Assembly: GCA_963727455.1 (NCBI GenBank)
Contig: CAVSGG010000017.1
Location: forward strand, 64,001-128,000
From: Candidatus Krumholzibacteriota bacterium
GTDB lineage: Bacteria; Krumholzibacteriota; Krumholzibacteriia; JAJRXK01
Length of the DNA: 64,000 nt
Reading direction: 5' to 3'
In this document: positions 1-10,141 of the stretch, piece after piece
How positions within the stretch are numbered: the first letter of the stretch is position 1
How the letters are laid out: each line of letters opens with the position of its first letter
Position numbers and translations under genes: made by a program
The notes under the pieces: model-generated
Seen by the model: the letters and a program-made list of their open reading frames with translations, nothing else
What the model was told of the DNA's origin: nothing
The model's database searches: none

Positions 1-776
1 CCCTGGGATCCGTAGCAAAAGTGGAAGTGGGAGAGGGTCCGAGCGAGGTGCGACGAGTGGACGGCCGGCGCGTGGCGCTCATTCTCGCCAACCTGAACCA
101 GGGTTCCTTGAGCGAGGCGGTGAATTCCATCCGCAGCGAGCTGCGGCGACAGGTGGATTGGCCGACGGGAATGGGATTTTACATCAGTGGGCAGAATGAA
201 GAGTGGGAGCGTAGCAAGGGGAGCCTCTATCTCGCCTTGGCCCTTTCGATCTTTCTCGTGTACGTGATCATGGCAATCCAGTTCGAGTCGTTGCTGCATC
301 CTCTCGTGGTCATGTTCAGTATTCCCCTGGCCTTCTTCGGAACGGTCATCGTGCTGAAGTTTCTCGGTTTCGCACTTTCGGTCGTGGTGTTCCTGGGAAT
401 GATCATGCTGGCGGGAATCGTGGTGAACAATGCCATCGTTCTGGTGGACTACGTAAACCAGCTGCGCCGCCGGGGCCTCGAGATCGAGGAGGCCATCGTC
501 GAAGCGGGAAGCGTGCGTTTGCGGCCCATTCTCATGACGACGGCTACCACCGTGTTGGGGCTCTTGCCGATGGCGCTGGGCCTGGGGGACGGCTCGGAGA
601 TTCGCACTCCCATGGCCGTATCCGTCATCAGCGGACTTCTTTCCTCGACCGTGCTCACATTGCTCATCATCCCCAGCTTCTACCTCATGCTCGATACGCT
701 GGTCTCCCGCATCCGCGAGCGGATCACCACGAAGACCGAGATCGCCGAGGTGGAGAGTGGGCGGAGTGAACCATGA
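1..776 (+). CDS. RND efflux permease (AcrB/AcrD/AcrF family), C-terminal part; truncated by window start
   Basis: C-terminal TM motifs GIVVNNAIVLVDY, RLRPILMTT, LLPMALG, LTLLIIP. Confidence 0.92.
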   Translation, partial: LGSVAKVEVGEGPSEVRRVDGRRVALILANLNQGSLSEAVNSIRSELRRQVDWPTGMGFYISGQNEEWERSKGSLYLALALSIFLVYVIMAIQFESLLHPLVVMFSIPLAFFGTVIVLKFLGFALSVVVFLGMIMLAGIVVNNAIVLVDYVNQLRRRGLEIEEAIVEAGSVRLRPILMTTATTVLGLLPMALGLGDGSEIRTPMAVSVISGLLSSTVLTLLIIPSFYLMLDTLVSRIRERITTKTEIAEVESGRSEP

Positions 777-3700
777 CCCCCAGGCCTTCCGGCTAAGGAA
801 CCCTCGCTGCCGCGCTTTTCCCTGCGGCGACCCATTACGGTCTTGGTCCTTTTGGGCGCGGTCGTCGTGGTGGGCGTGGTGGCCGCGCTCGGAATCCCGG
901 TCGAACTCATCCCCAAGGGCTTCACCAACCCCTCGCTGACCATCTTCGTCCCCTGGCGGGATGCACCGCCACGCGAGGTACTCGAGAAGATCGTGCAGCC
1001 CCTGGAAGACGAGATGGGTACGGTGCGCGGTTTGGACAGAGTGTCGTCGGCGTCCTCGGTGGGGCGAGCGCGTGTCTTTTTGCGTTTCAAGCAGAGCACC
1101 GACATGGATCTGGCCTATCGCGAGGTGCGCGACCGGGTCGAACGGGCGCGCCGTTCGTTTCCCGATGACGTGGACGAGGTCTACATCTTCAAGCACGACA
1201 CCTCGGGGATCCCCGTGTACGTAGTGGGAGTCGCCGTCGATCCTGACGTGAGCGACACCTACAATCTCATCCAGAAACAGATTGTGTTGCCCCTGGAACG
1301 CACCGACGGGGTGGCCAAAGTCGAAGTGCAGGGCCTCGAGGAGAAGGAGATTCTGATCGAGCTGGATCGGGACCGCACCGAGGCCAGCGGGCTCAACATC
1401 TATCAGATGGCCCAAGAGCTCGGCAGCGATTCCTTTACCATGGCTAGCGGAAAGGTCTACGAAGGGGGAAAGAAACTGCTGCTGCGTTCGGTGGCGCGCT
1501 ACTCGAACATCGAGGAGTTGCGCAACCGGCCGGTCGCTCCGGGGATTCGCCTGCGCGACATCGCCACCGTCAAGTATGAAGAACCCGAGAAGCGTTATCG
1601 CGTGCGCGCCATGAGCCGCCCCGCCTATGCCCTGGTGGTATTCAAGGAGGGCGAGGCCAACGCCCGCGCCGTCTGCCGTCGTCTCGACAAGGTCTACGAG
1701 GAGCTCGATTCGGATCCGCGTCTCTCGAGCGTCGAGTTCCTGGAAATCTTCGATCAGGGCGACGTGATCCAAGAGAGTCTCACCACTCTGCTCCAGAGCG
1801 GCGCCATCGGAGGTCTGATCGCCGGTCTGGTCCTCTTTTTCTTCTTGCGGAGATTCCGGGTGACCATGGTGGTGAACCTGGCCATCCCCTTGAGTTTGCT
1901 CGTGTCTCTCACCGTGATGTTCTTCGCCGGTCAGTCGATCAACATCATCTCGATGCTTGCACTCATGGTGAGCGTCGGACTCTTGGTGGACAACTCCGTG
2001 GTGGTGGCGGAGAACATCGACCGCATGCACAAGACCGGTCTCAGCCGTCACGACGCTGCAATCTGGGGGGCGGGGGAGATCGGCATTGCCATCACCATGT
2101 CTACCCTGACCACCGTCATCGTCTTCTTGCCGGTCGCTTTGGTGCAGGGACCCGGCCAGTTCTTCCTCTTACGAATGGCGATTCCCATTTCCGTCGCCCT
2201 CTTGGCCTCCTTGCTGGTAGCGCTGGTCTGTATTCCCCTGGGTGTGTACCTCACTCTTCCCCGGGGAGAATCGAAGCCGAACGGTGGCAACGGAGCTGTG
2301 CGCCGCCAGCTGCACCGCGCCTACGAGCGCAGCTTCGGGCCGATGAACCGCTGGTACAATCGGATGCTCGCCCACGCGCTCGGGATGCGATTGGATCTGG
2401 TGCTCGCGCTCGTCGTGGTCTTTGCCGCCACGATAGGAATCATGAAGGCGAGGAACCTCCGCTTCGTCGACGTGCAGGACAACGAGCGCAGTGGCTTCGA
2501 CATCGACGTGGAGATGCCGGAAACCTACACCCTCGAGGAAACGGCGCAGTGGTTCCTCCGCGCCGAGAAGATCGTTCAGGATCATAGAGAGGAGCTCGGA
2601 CTGGAGGGTTGGTTTCTCTGGCACAGCAAGACCCGCGGCGAATTGGAAGGGTGGTTCACCACTCCTCGAAGTTCCAAGCTCTCTCCCAACGAAGTGACGG
2701 CGCGGGTCATGGCGCTTTTGCCCAAAAGGCCCGGAATGGAGCTGCACTCGGGTGAGGATTCTCCGGTGGAGGATGCGAAGGGGCAAAACACCTTCCGCGT
2801 GACGCTCAATGGAGAGAGCGTCGACATTCTGGATCGCGTCGCCGATCAGCTCTCCGATGTCTTCTTGCGCGTGCCCGGCGTTTTGGCGATGAAGAAGGCC
2901 GATGACCGCCCACCCAACGAATTGGGGCTGGTCATCGATCGCGATCGCGTCCAGCGCTTCGGAGTGAATCCAGCGGTGGTGGCGGGAGTGGTCGGCTACG
3001 CGCTTCGCGGGCAGGCTCTTCCCAAATACCGGGACGAAGGGAAGGAAGTCCCGGTTCGCGTACGTTACCAGGAGAAGGATCGCGACAATCTTGCGGCATT
3101 GGAGAGCTTCATGGTCCCGACCGCGAGCGGAGGAGGTTTGCCGCTGTCCGCCGTGACCGAGGTGAAACCACTCAAGAGTCCATCTACCATTTGGCGGCGC
3201 GACAAGAGAATCTCACGCACCATCACCCTGGACCTCAAGGACGACGAGGCCAAACAAGCTCGCGAAGACCTGCGCGCCATCATGAAGGACCTGGACTTGC
3301 CAGAGGGCGTCTCCTTTTCCGATGCGACGCCTCAGAAGAAACTCGACGAGGATCTGAAGGGACTCATCTTCGCGCTCATGATCTCGGTGGTCTTCATCTA
3401 CCTGCTCATGGGTCTGCTCTTCGAGAGTTTCATTCTGCCGCTCTCGATCATCTTCACCATTCCTTTGGCCAGTCTCGGCGTCATCTGGATCCATCTCCTG
3501 GCTGGGATGGACATCGACTTCTTGGGTGCAGTTGGAGTGGTGCTGTTGGTGGGCGTCGTCGTGAACAACGGAATCGTGCTCATCGACTACGTCAATCGAC
3601 TGCGCGCGGAAGGAAAACCGCGTCGCGACGCCATCCTTTTGGCGGCGGACCGGCGCTTCCGTCCCATCATGATGACCGCGATCACCACCATCGGCGGAAT

Positions 3701-3911
3701 GATTCCGCTGGCGCTCAGTGGACGGATGGAATCGGGAATCTCCTACACGAGCTTTTCGTTGACTCTGATCGGCGGGATGACGACCGCGACGCTGCTCACC
3801 CTGCTCGTGGTGCCGGTCTTCTATACCTTCTTCGACGATCTGCGCGCCGCCTTCGAAGCGGCACTGCGACGCGTGCTGCGCGTGCGCCGTACCGCCACGA
3901 AGAGCGTCTGA
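773..3911 (+). CDS. Second RND efflux permease (AcrB family); start uncertain (ATG 773 out of frame by one base, or CTG 807; supplied ORF starts at 843)
   Basis: About 1030 aa, 12-TM RND pattern; LLVDNSVVVAENI, RFRPIMMT; in-frame N-terminal SLPRFSLRRPITVL upstream of the supplied start. Confidence 0.92.
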
Positions 3912-3915
3912 ACCC

Positions 3916-3945
3916 GATCCGGGGAATCTGAAGAAATCCGGATCA
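3916..3945. terminator. Inverted repeat between convergent genes, possible terminator
   Basis: GATCCGG ... CCGGATC; no clear U-tract. Confidence 0.3.
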
Positions 3946-4533
3946 GGGACGTGTGAATCTCGACTTGATCACGCCCCAACTGCGCTCTGCCGTCTCCACT
4001 CCGGCGCAGTCGGTGTCGTTGTAGTCGTAGAATCCGTCGCCATCATTATCCAAGCCCTTGCCGTCGCCGCTGTAGTCCTCGCCGCCGTTGTTCCTGCCGA
4101 TCGCGCAGGGCTGGGTGAGGTTTACGTCCGAGCGGCCATAGTAGGCCGGAAGGGTGGTCTCGGGAGGAGGAGTGCCGTCGCTCGTATGACAGCTGGTCGT
4201 GCAGCTAGTGATGCCGTGGTCCACCGCGTGGGCTTTCCTCAGCCCCTCACCCATGTGACATCCGTTGCAGCCGTGGTTGGGGTCTGTACTGCTGGCGTCG
4301 GTGTGAGGACTGCCGAAGCTGGTATAATGGCAGAGACCGCAGGTGGAGGTCATCTGACTGCCGCCCACGTGCAAGTCGTGCAACGCTCCCTGGTTTTGGA
4401 AAGTGAGATGACAGGTGACACAGCCGCCGCTCCCGTTGTTTGCGTAGGTCTCGTACGCGAAAGCGGAGGTGGTGGCGAAGAACAGGGCGATCAGCGCAAA
4501 GGCCAATACGCCCACCAAGATCCGTTTGGTCAT
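3943..4533 (-). CDS. Secreted small multiheme (tetraheme) cytochrome c with Asp-rich motif and SWGxIK tail
   Basis: Signal peptide ending SAFA; CVTCH, CGLCH, CNGCH, CTTSCH; DNDGDGFYDYNDTDC; strong RBS GAGGAGG. Confidence 0.8.
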   Translation of the reverse strand: MTKRILVGVLAFALIALFFATTSAFAYETYANNGSGGCVTCHLTFQNQGALHDLHVGGSQMTSTCGLCHYTSFGSPHTDASSTDPNHGCNGCHMGEGLRKAHAVDHGITSCTTSCHTSDGTPPPETTLPAYYGRSDVNLTQPCAIGRNNGGEDYSGDGKGLDNDGDGFYDYNDTDCAGVETAERSWGVIKSRFTRP

Positions 4534-4579
4534 GGAATCCTCCTCGTATGAGTTCCCAAAATAAAAGATAGGTCGACCT

Positions 4580-5911
4580 TTAGATCTTAGCAGAGGGCGC
4601 TGGAGTCTGGGAAGCGGAGCCTCCGCTGGTGGTTCGCGCCGCCAGCATCTGGGCCAGCAATACGCCCAGTGCGGCCCCCAAACCCAGGGAAATGGCGTCG
4701 GTCAGGTCGGCGGTGCGCGCGGGCAAGAAGAGCTGCGCCGCTTCCACCGCGAGGCCGACCAAAAAGAAGATCAGCCCCACCCGGCGCGGGGAACGCCGCG
4801 GCCATACGCCGAAGCTCAGTAGTCCGAGAGGCACCCCCGTGCCCGCCTCACGCAGGAGATCGGCGAGCGCCGCGAACCCCAGCCGCTGGAAGTAGGGGAA
4901 GAAGGGCAACCAGCGTTGCCACTCCCAGTCCCTGGCGCGAGGGAGCGACCAGGAGAAGGGCGCCAATCCCTCGGCCAAAAGCACGATCAGCCAGACGACC
5001 ATGCCGGCCAGGGCCGCGCCTCGCTCGCTCGGACGACGCTGCATCCAGCTTGCGCCGATGAGGGAACCGGCGCAGGCCAGGATCACCACCGTCATGTCCG
5101 TCCCTCTGCTCACCACGACCAACTGCCCGAGTTCGACCGCAAGCGCGGTCAGAGAACTCACGATCACCGCCAGCACCACGCGTACGGCAGCGGTTTTCAG
5201 ATATTTCTCGTGCTCTGCCGCCCAGGCCAGAAAGCCCCCCAGAAGAGAGAAGCGAGCAAGATCCATCAGCCACGCGAGGGGGTGGGCATCGACGGGGGCT
5301 CCGATGAACGTGCTGCCAAAGGGAACGAGGCGCGCTCCCTTCACTGCGCGTTTGAGATCATCGACGTCGAGGCTGAAGTTGAAGGGAAGCGCCCCGGCCA
5401 GAAGCCACGCCACAACCGCGGTCATCGCCAAGAGCCGGTAGGGGTGACGCTGCGCCTCGCGCTCGTACCAGGGCAGGGCGTGTCGCCTCCCCAAAAGGTC
5501 CCAGATCCATCCCACCACTGCACCCAGCCCCGCTCCCATCGTGTTCGTGAACAGATCGCTGGCCGAAGTCGTGCGCAGAGGTGAGAAGAGCTGCAGGGTC
5601 TCCACGCCCAAGCTCAGTACGAAACCGCAGAGCAGGGCACAGAGCAGGGAGTTGAGACGCACGAGAGCGCGTCTGCGCGCGCTCAAGAAAACCAGGAACC
5701 CCAGAGGACAGAAGAGAAGGACGTTGCTGAAAAGATCGGTACGGCTCACGTGATGGGGCCCGGTGAAGCCGAAGACGCGCAGCTGTGCATGAGCCCAACC
5801 GTGGGCCGCGGTTGCTGCGTCAAACTGAAAATCAAAGGGAATCGTGGTGCCATAAATGATGAAGAGCACCCAGAGAATGAGCAGGATCGTGACAAGTCTC
5901 AGTCGGTGCAT
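4580..5911 (-). CDS. Multi-domain VanZ family membrane protein
   Basis: Three VanZ-like units, e.g. DLFSNVLLFCPLG ... VETLQLFSPLRTTSASDLFTNTMG, plus ELGQ...RGTD and EAAQ...RTAD. Confidence 0.8.
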   Translation of the reverse strand: MHRLRLVTILLILWVLFIIYGTTIPFDFQFDAATAAHGWAHAQLRVFGFTGPHHVSRTDLFSNVLLFCPLGFLVFLSARRRALVRLNSLLCALLCGFVLSLGVETLQLFSPLRTTSASDLFTNTMGAGLGAVVGWIWDLLGRRHALPWYEREAQRHPYRLLAMTAVVAWLLAGALPFNFSLDVDDLKRAVKGARLVPFGSTFIGAPVDAHPLAWLMDLARFSLLGGFLAWAAEHEKYLKTAAVRVVLAVIVSSLTALAVELGQLVVVSRGTDMTVVILACAGSLIGASWMQRRPSERGAALAGMVVWLIVLLAEGLAPFSWSLPRARDWEWQRWLPFFPYFQRLGFAALADLLREAGTGVPLGLLSFGVWPRRSPRRVGLIFFLVGLAVEAAQLFLPARTADLTDAISLGLGAALGVLLAQMLAARTTSGGSASQTPAPSAKI

Positions 5912-5956
5912 CTTCGACTCCTGGAGAGGCTGCTGGCTGCGGGACGGCCGCCTCGT

Positions 5957-7651
5957 TCAAGCCGGACTCGGTTCCTCGAGGAAGTAGTTGAAATCCTCCG
6001 CGGCCTCCGCATGCAGGATCTCATAGGCGTGGGCCGCAGTCTTGGCGCTGTAGAGCTGACGTTGCACGTTCAAGTCGGAGCCGATGGCGCGAGCCATGGC
6101 CGCAATCACTTCCAGGTGACGTTCTCTGCGATTCACAGGAGTTGCCAGGAGAAGGACACAGTGGATGGATTCCCCGTCGGGAGTGCCGAATGCCAGGCCT
6201 TCGCGGCTGATCCCCATCACTCCCATGATCTCCGTTCCCTGCTCCAACACCCCGTGGGGAATGGCCAGGCCGTGGCCGACGCAGGTCGAAATCTCCTTTT
6301 CGCGGGCCATCACGCTCGTAAGGAAAGCCTTGCGATCCAGCCCCACGTGCGTGGTGGCAGCCAGATGGTCTACCAGACGCGCGATTGCCTCCTCGTAGGT
6401 AGAGGCACTCAAGTTCACGAGGATGTGCTCCTCGTGCAAGAAATCGATGAGACGTGCGCGGTCCTTTCCCACATCCCCCGAGCGCACGAGAGCGATTCGG
6501 GTCATGATGGGACCGATGATTTCGTTGAGCGTGACGGAGGTCAGCCCCACTGCGAGAAAGAGCTGACTGATCTCGCGAAAGTTGGGATCTTCCTGCACCA
6601 GCAGAACCAGTCCGACCGCCACCCCGGCCTGCGGAACCAGGGCGAAACCGAGGTTGGAGCGCACCTTTCGCGGTGCGCCGCCCAGTTGCATCGCCAAGCG
6701 TCCGGCGAGGAGCTTTCCGATGATTCGCGCGACCACCACGATCAACACCAGTAGGGCGCTGGCTTTGAGATAGTCGAAGTCCAACTCCATCCCGGCAACG
6801 GTGAAGAAGATTGCGAAAATCGCGTTCTCGAAGTTTACGAAGACGTTGTGACCGATTTCGTCCTTGTCCGGCGTGAAATTGGCGAGAGCCATGCCCAAGA
6901 AGAGGCAGGCGAGGAGGGAGGAGAAATCCAAGAAATCGGCGAGGCCCGCGGTGAGGAGGATCGCGGCCATGGAGGCGGTGGCGAGCTGGTCACTTCGCAC
7001 CAGTTTGCGAGTGGCGAGTACGAGCACTCCACCCAGGCCGAATCCAATCGCCGCGCTTGCAGCCAATTCCAAAATGGGCGCCATGAGGATCTCATGCAGC
7101 CGGGGAGCCGCCTTCGAGCCCAGGCTCACGTGGGCGGCGGTGTGGGCCATCTCGAAGAGCGCGATGCAAGCGATGTTGTTCAGAGCCACCGCCGCCATGA
7201 GGGTCTTCACGAACACTCCCCGGGCGCGCGCCTCTTTCACGATGGCCACGATGGTGGCGGGGGCCGTGGAGACGGCCATGGCCGCCAGCAAGAACGCGAA
7301 GGTCCACGAGACATCGGCCGCCAGGTAGACGGCCCCGAAAACGAGAAGCGGCGTCAGAGTCGACTCCAAAATCAAGAGCCAGAGCAGTCTTCGGCGCGCG
7401 TTTCGTAGGCGCTTCAGGTTGAGGTGATTGCCCACCGCGACCGCGATGAGCCCCAGCGCGAAGTTCGTGATGGGGTGCAGCGAGTGGATGGCCTCGATGC
7501 TCGCCAGGTCCAGGATGCTGGGACCGATGAGCACGCCAGCCAGAATCTGTCCGGTGACTGCAGGCAGTTTTACGCGCCGGGCGAGTTGTCCCGAAAGCAC
7601 ACCTGCCACCAGGATGACGGCCAGGGTCAGAAGAGGAAAGGAATCCAGCAT
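5957..7651 (-). CDS. Cation:proton antiporter (CPA family) fused to PTS EIIA-2 domain
   Basis: Hydrophobic N-terminal domain with STAPA and PQAGVAVG; C-terminal REKEIST...GLAIPHG. Confidence 0.85.
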   Translation of the reverse strand: MLDSFPLLTLAVILVAGVLSGQLARRVKLPAVTGQILAGVLIGPSILDLASIEAIHSLHPITNFALGLIAVAVGNHLNLKRLRNARRRLLWLLILESTLTPLLVFGAVYLAADVSWTFAFLLAAMAVSTAPATIVAIVKEARARGVFVKTLMAAVALNNIACIALFEMAHTAAHVSLGSKAAPRLHEILMAPILELAASAAIGFGLGGVLVLATRKLVRSDQLATASMAAILLTAGLADFLDFSSLLACLFLGMALANFTPDKDEIGHNVFVNFENAIFAIFFTVAGMELDFDYLKASALLVLIVVVARIIGKLLAGRLAMQLGGAPRKVRSNLGFALVPQAGVAVGLVLLVQEDPNFREISQLFLAVGLTSVTLNEIIGPIMTRIALVRSGDVGKDRARLIDFLHEEHILVNLSASTYEEAIARLVDHLAATTHVGLDRKAFLTSVMAREKEISTCVGHGLAIPHGVLEQGTEIMGVMGISREGLAFGTPDGESIHCVLLLATPVNRRERHLEVIAAMARAIGSDLNVQRQLYSAKTAAHAYEILHAEAAEDFNYFLEEPSPA

Positions 7652-7669
7652 CGCAGCTTCTCTGGCGCC

Positions 7670-8680
7670 CTACCAGCGCATGAGTACGGAGCCCCAGGTG
7701 AATCCACTGCCGAAGGCCGAACATGCCACCAGCATGCCCTGCTTCAAAACCCCGGCTTTGACCGCCTCATCCATTCCTATGGGGAGAGTAGCCGCCGTGG
7801 TGTTGGCGTATTTCTGGATGGTGTTGAAGACGCGATGCGGCTCTACCGCAAGCGATTCGGCGATCGCCTCGTTGATGCGCAAATTGGCCTGATGGAAGAG
7901 GAAGAGATCGACCTCGGCCACCTGGAGATCATTGGCTTTCAGGGCCTCCAAGATGGCTTCCGGCATGAGCTTGACCGCGCTGATGTACACCCGACGGCCA
8001 TCCATCTTGGGGAAGTGCTCTCCTCGCGCGATCATCCCCTCGTCGATCCAGTGTGCGCCGTTGGCCATTCCCGGCGACTTGGCCCATAGGGTCTGCGCGT
8101 AGCGACCGTCAGCATGGAGATGCGAACTGAGGATATGCGAGTCTTTCGCCGGATCCTTCACCGTGCAAGCCTCCATGACGACCGCGCCCGCGCCGTCGCC
8201 GAAGAGCACGCCGAGATCGCGTCCGTCCGGGCTCTTGTCCAATCCCTTGGAATGCAATTCCGCTCCCACCACCAAGACACGGTGGTACATGCCAGAACGG
8301 ATGAACTGGTCCGCGACGGACATGCCATAGATGAACCCCGTGCACTGCTGCCGGATATCCAGGGCCGCGACGCCGGGGAGCTCCATTTTGGCCTGCAGAA
8401 AGCAGGCGCTCCCCGGGAAGCTGTGGTCGGGGCTCAGCGTGGCGAAGATGATGAGCTCGAGGGTGGACTTGTCTATGCCCGCGCTCTCGACCGCGCGATT
8501 TGCCGCTTCAAGCGCGAGATCCGAAGTCGAGGAGGAATCGTCCGCCCAAAATCTCTGTTCGATCCCGGTGCGTTGCCGGATCCACTCATCGCTCGTGTTC
8601 ATCAATTCACACAGATCGTCGTTGGTCACTACACGGGGCGGAGCGTAGGAGCCAACGCCAATGATCCGGGATCGCTGCAT
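7670..8680 (-). CDS. fabH: 3-oxoacyl-ACP synthase III
   Basis: Catalytic QQCTG, HQAN, YANTT; GDGAGA; RBS AAGGAG before ATG 8680. Confidence 0.9.
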   Translation of the reverse strand: MQRSRIIGVGSYAPPRVVTNDDLCELMNTSDEWIRQRTGIEQRFWADDSSSTSDLALEAANRAVESAGIDKSTLELIIFATLSPDHSFPGSACFLQAKMELPGVAALDIRQQCTGFIYGMSVADQFIRSGMYHRVLVVGAELHSKGLDKSPDGRDLGVLFGDGAGAVVMEACTVKDPAKDSHILSSHLHADGRYAQTLWAKSPGMANGAHWIDEGMIARGEHFPKMDGRRVYISAVKLMPEAILEALKANDLQVAEVDLFLFHQANLRINEAIAESLAVEPHRVFNTIQKYANTTAATLPIGMDEAVKAGVLKQGMLVACSAFGSGFTWGSVLMRW

Positions 8681-8778
8681 ATCAGCATCTCCTTCACGAG
8701 ATCCGTTCGGTTTCCCCGAGAACGATTTCATCTCATTTGATCGAAGCTGGCAAGTTCGAAGCCGTCGCTAACGCACTT

Positions 8779-9975
8779 TCAGGACCTATCCGGCTCCGCC
8801 TCCACGACCTGAACATGACGATTCTTCGCTTTCACCGAGAGGGAGACCTTTCCCTCCAGCATCCGCAGAAGGTGCTGGCCGGCGAGCTCGTACCGCCATC
8901 CTTTCATCAAGGGCAAGTGGTTTGCGGAGTCCTCATCGTCCTTCACCCTCTCGATGAACCGCACGAGGTCCTTCTTGGTGGCGACGTAGCTGGTGGCAAT
9001 GCTCGCCCTGCGGGTAATCCTCCGCAGGAATACCGATAGCAGATCCGCGGTGAGAAGGATGTCCGGATCGTCTTCGCGGATGGAGGGCAGCTTGGGCCAA
9101 TCGGATTGTGGAATGCCAAGGCCGCGTTGCACCGCCTCGAGGATCTCCTCCCCGCTGCGTTGAATCTCGCGACTGTGCAGGCGGCGGAGAACGTGCAGTT
9201 CTTCCACCGTATTCGGCTTGCGGCGCGAGAGATCGATGAGAACGTCATCTGTGACCACCCGGTTGCGCGGTATATTGCGTCGCGCAGCACTGTGTTCACG
9301 CCAGTCAGCAAGTTCGCGCAGGACCGCGAGCCCCTTACCGTCCAGGGAACGGTGGCGCGATACACGGCGCCACAGACGGCGATAATCGACTTCGTATTCG
9401 CCGAGCTCTTCGAAGTGCTCGAGCTCCTGGGCGAGCCAGCGCAGGCGTCCTTTTTTCTTCAGTCGAGCCGAGAGCTCGTCACGCAGATCATGCAGGTAGA
9501 TGACATCGTTCAATGCGTATTGCATCTGGGCGTCGCGCAGCGGCCTCTGGCTCCAGTCGGTCACTCGCTCCTGTTTTTTCACCCTCACATCCAGGACGCG
9601 CCGTAAGAGATCGGCATAGCCCGGCTGTTCTCCCATTCCCAAGAGGGCCGCTGCCACCTGGGTATCGAAAATTCCGTGGGGGAGAGTGCGAGTCTTGTCG
9701 TAGAAGATCTCCAGATCCTGGCTCGCAGCGTGCAGGATGGTCTCGATGGCGGGATCGGAGACCAGTTTCCACAGAGGAGTCAGATCTTCCAGGATCAGCG
9801 GATCGATCAAAACGGCTTCCTCACGCGTGGCGACCTGCACCAGCTGAAGAATGGGTTTGTAGGTTCTCTCGCGCTCGAATTCGGTATCCAGAGCGATGCT
9901 CTTCTTGGCGCGGGCCCGCTGGCAAAAGGACTTCAGATCCCGGAGCTCGGTGAGAATTTCGATTTCATGGACCAA
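8779..9975 (-). CDS. rnd: Ribonuclease D
   Basis: ALDTEF, HAASQDLE, FDTQVAA, DWSQRPL, YALNDV; HRDC domain. Confidence 0.92.
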   Translation of the reverse strand: MVHEIEILTELRDLKSFCQRARAKKSIALDTEFERERTYKPILQLVQVATREEAVLIDPLILEDLTPLWKLVSDPAIETILHAASQDLEIFYDKTRTLPHGIFDTQVAAALLGMGEQPGYADLLRRVLDVRVKKQERVTDWSQRPLRDAQMQYALNDVIYLHDLRDELSARLKKKGRLRWLAQELEHFEELGEYEVDYRRLWRRVSRHRSLDGKGLAVLRELADWREHSAARRNIPRNRVVTDDVLIDLSRRKPNTVEELHVLRRLHSREIQRSGEEILEAVQRGLGIPQSDWPKLPSIREDDPDILLTADLLSVFLRRITRRASIATSYVATKKDLVRFIERVKDDEDSANHLPLMKGWRYELAGQHLLRMLEGKVSLSVKAKNRHVQVVEAEPDRS

Positions 9976-10141
9976 TGTCTACATTCCCGGTCTTGGAGCG
10001 AGAGCCCAACTTACACCGAATGGGAGGTTGGGGCGAGGAATTCAACAAAATCCGCCTGGTTTGCAAGCCAAGTTGGATTATCTATCGTAACTCTGTCGTG
10101 CGGCGGAAGATCGTAGTCTTTAGAGCGGGAGAACGAAGTCT

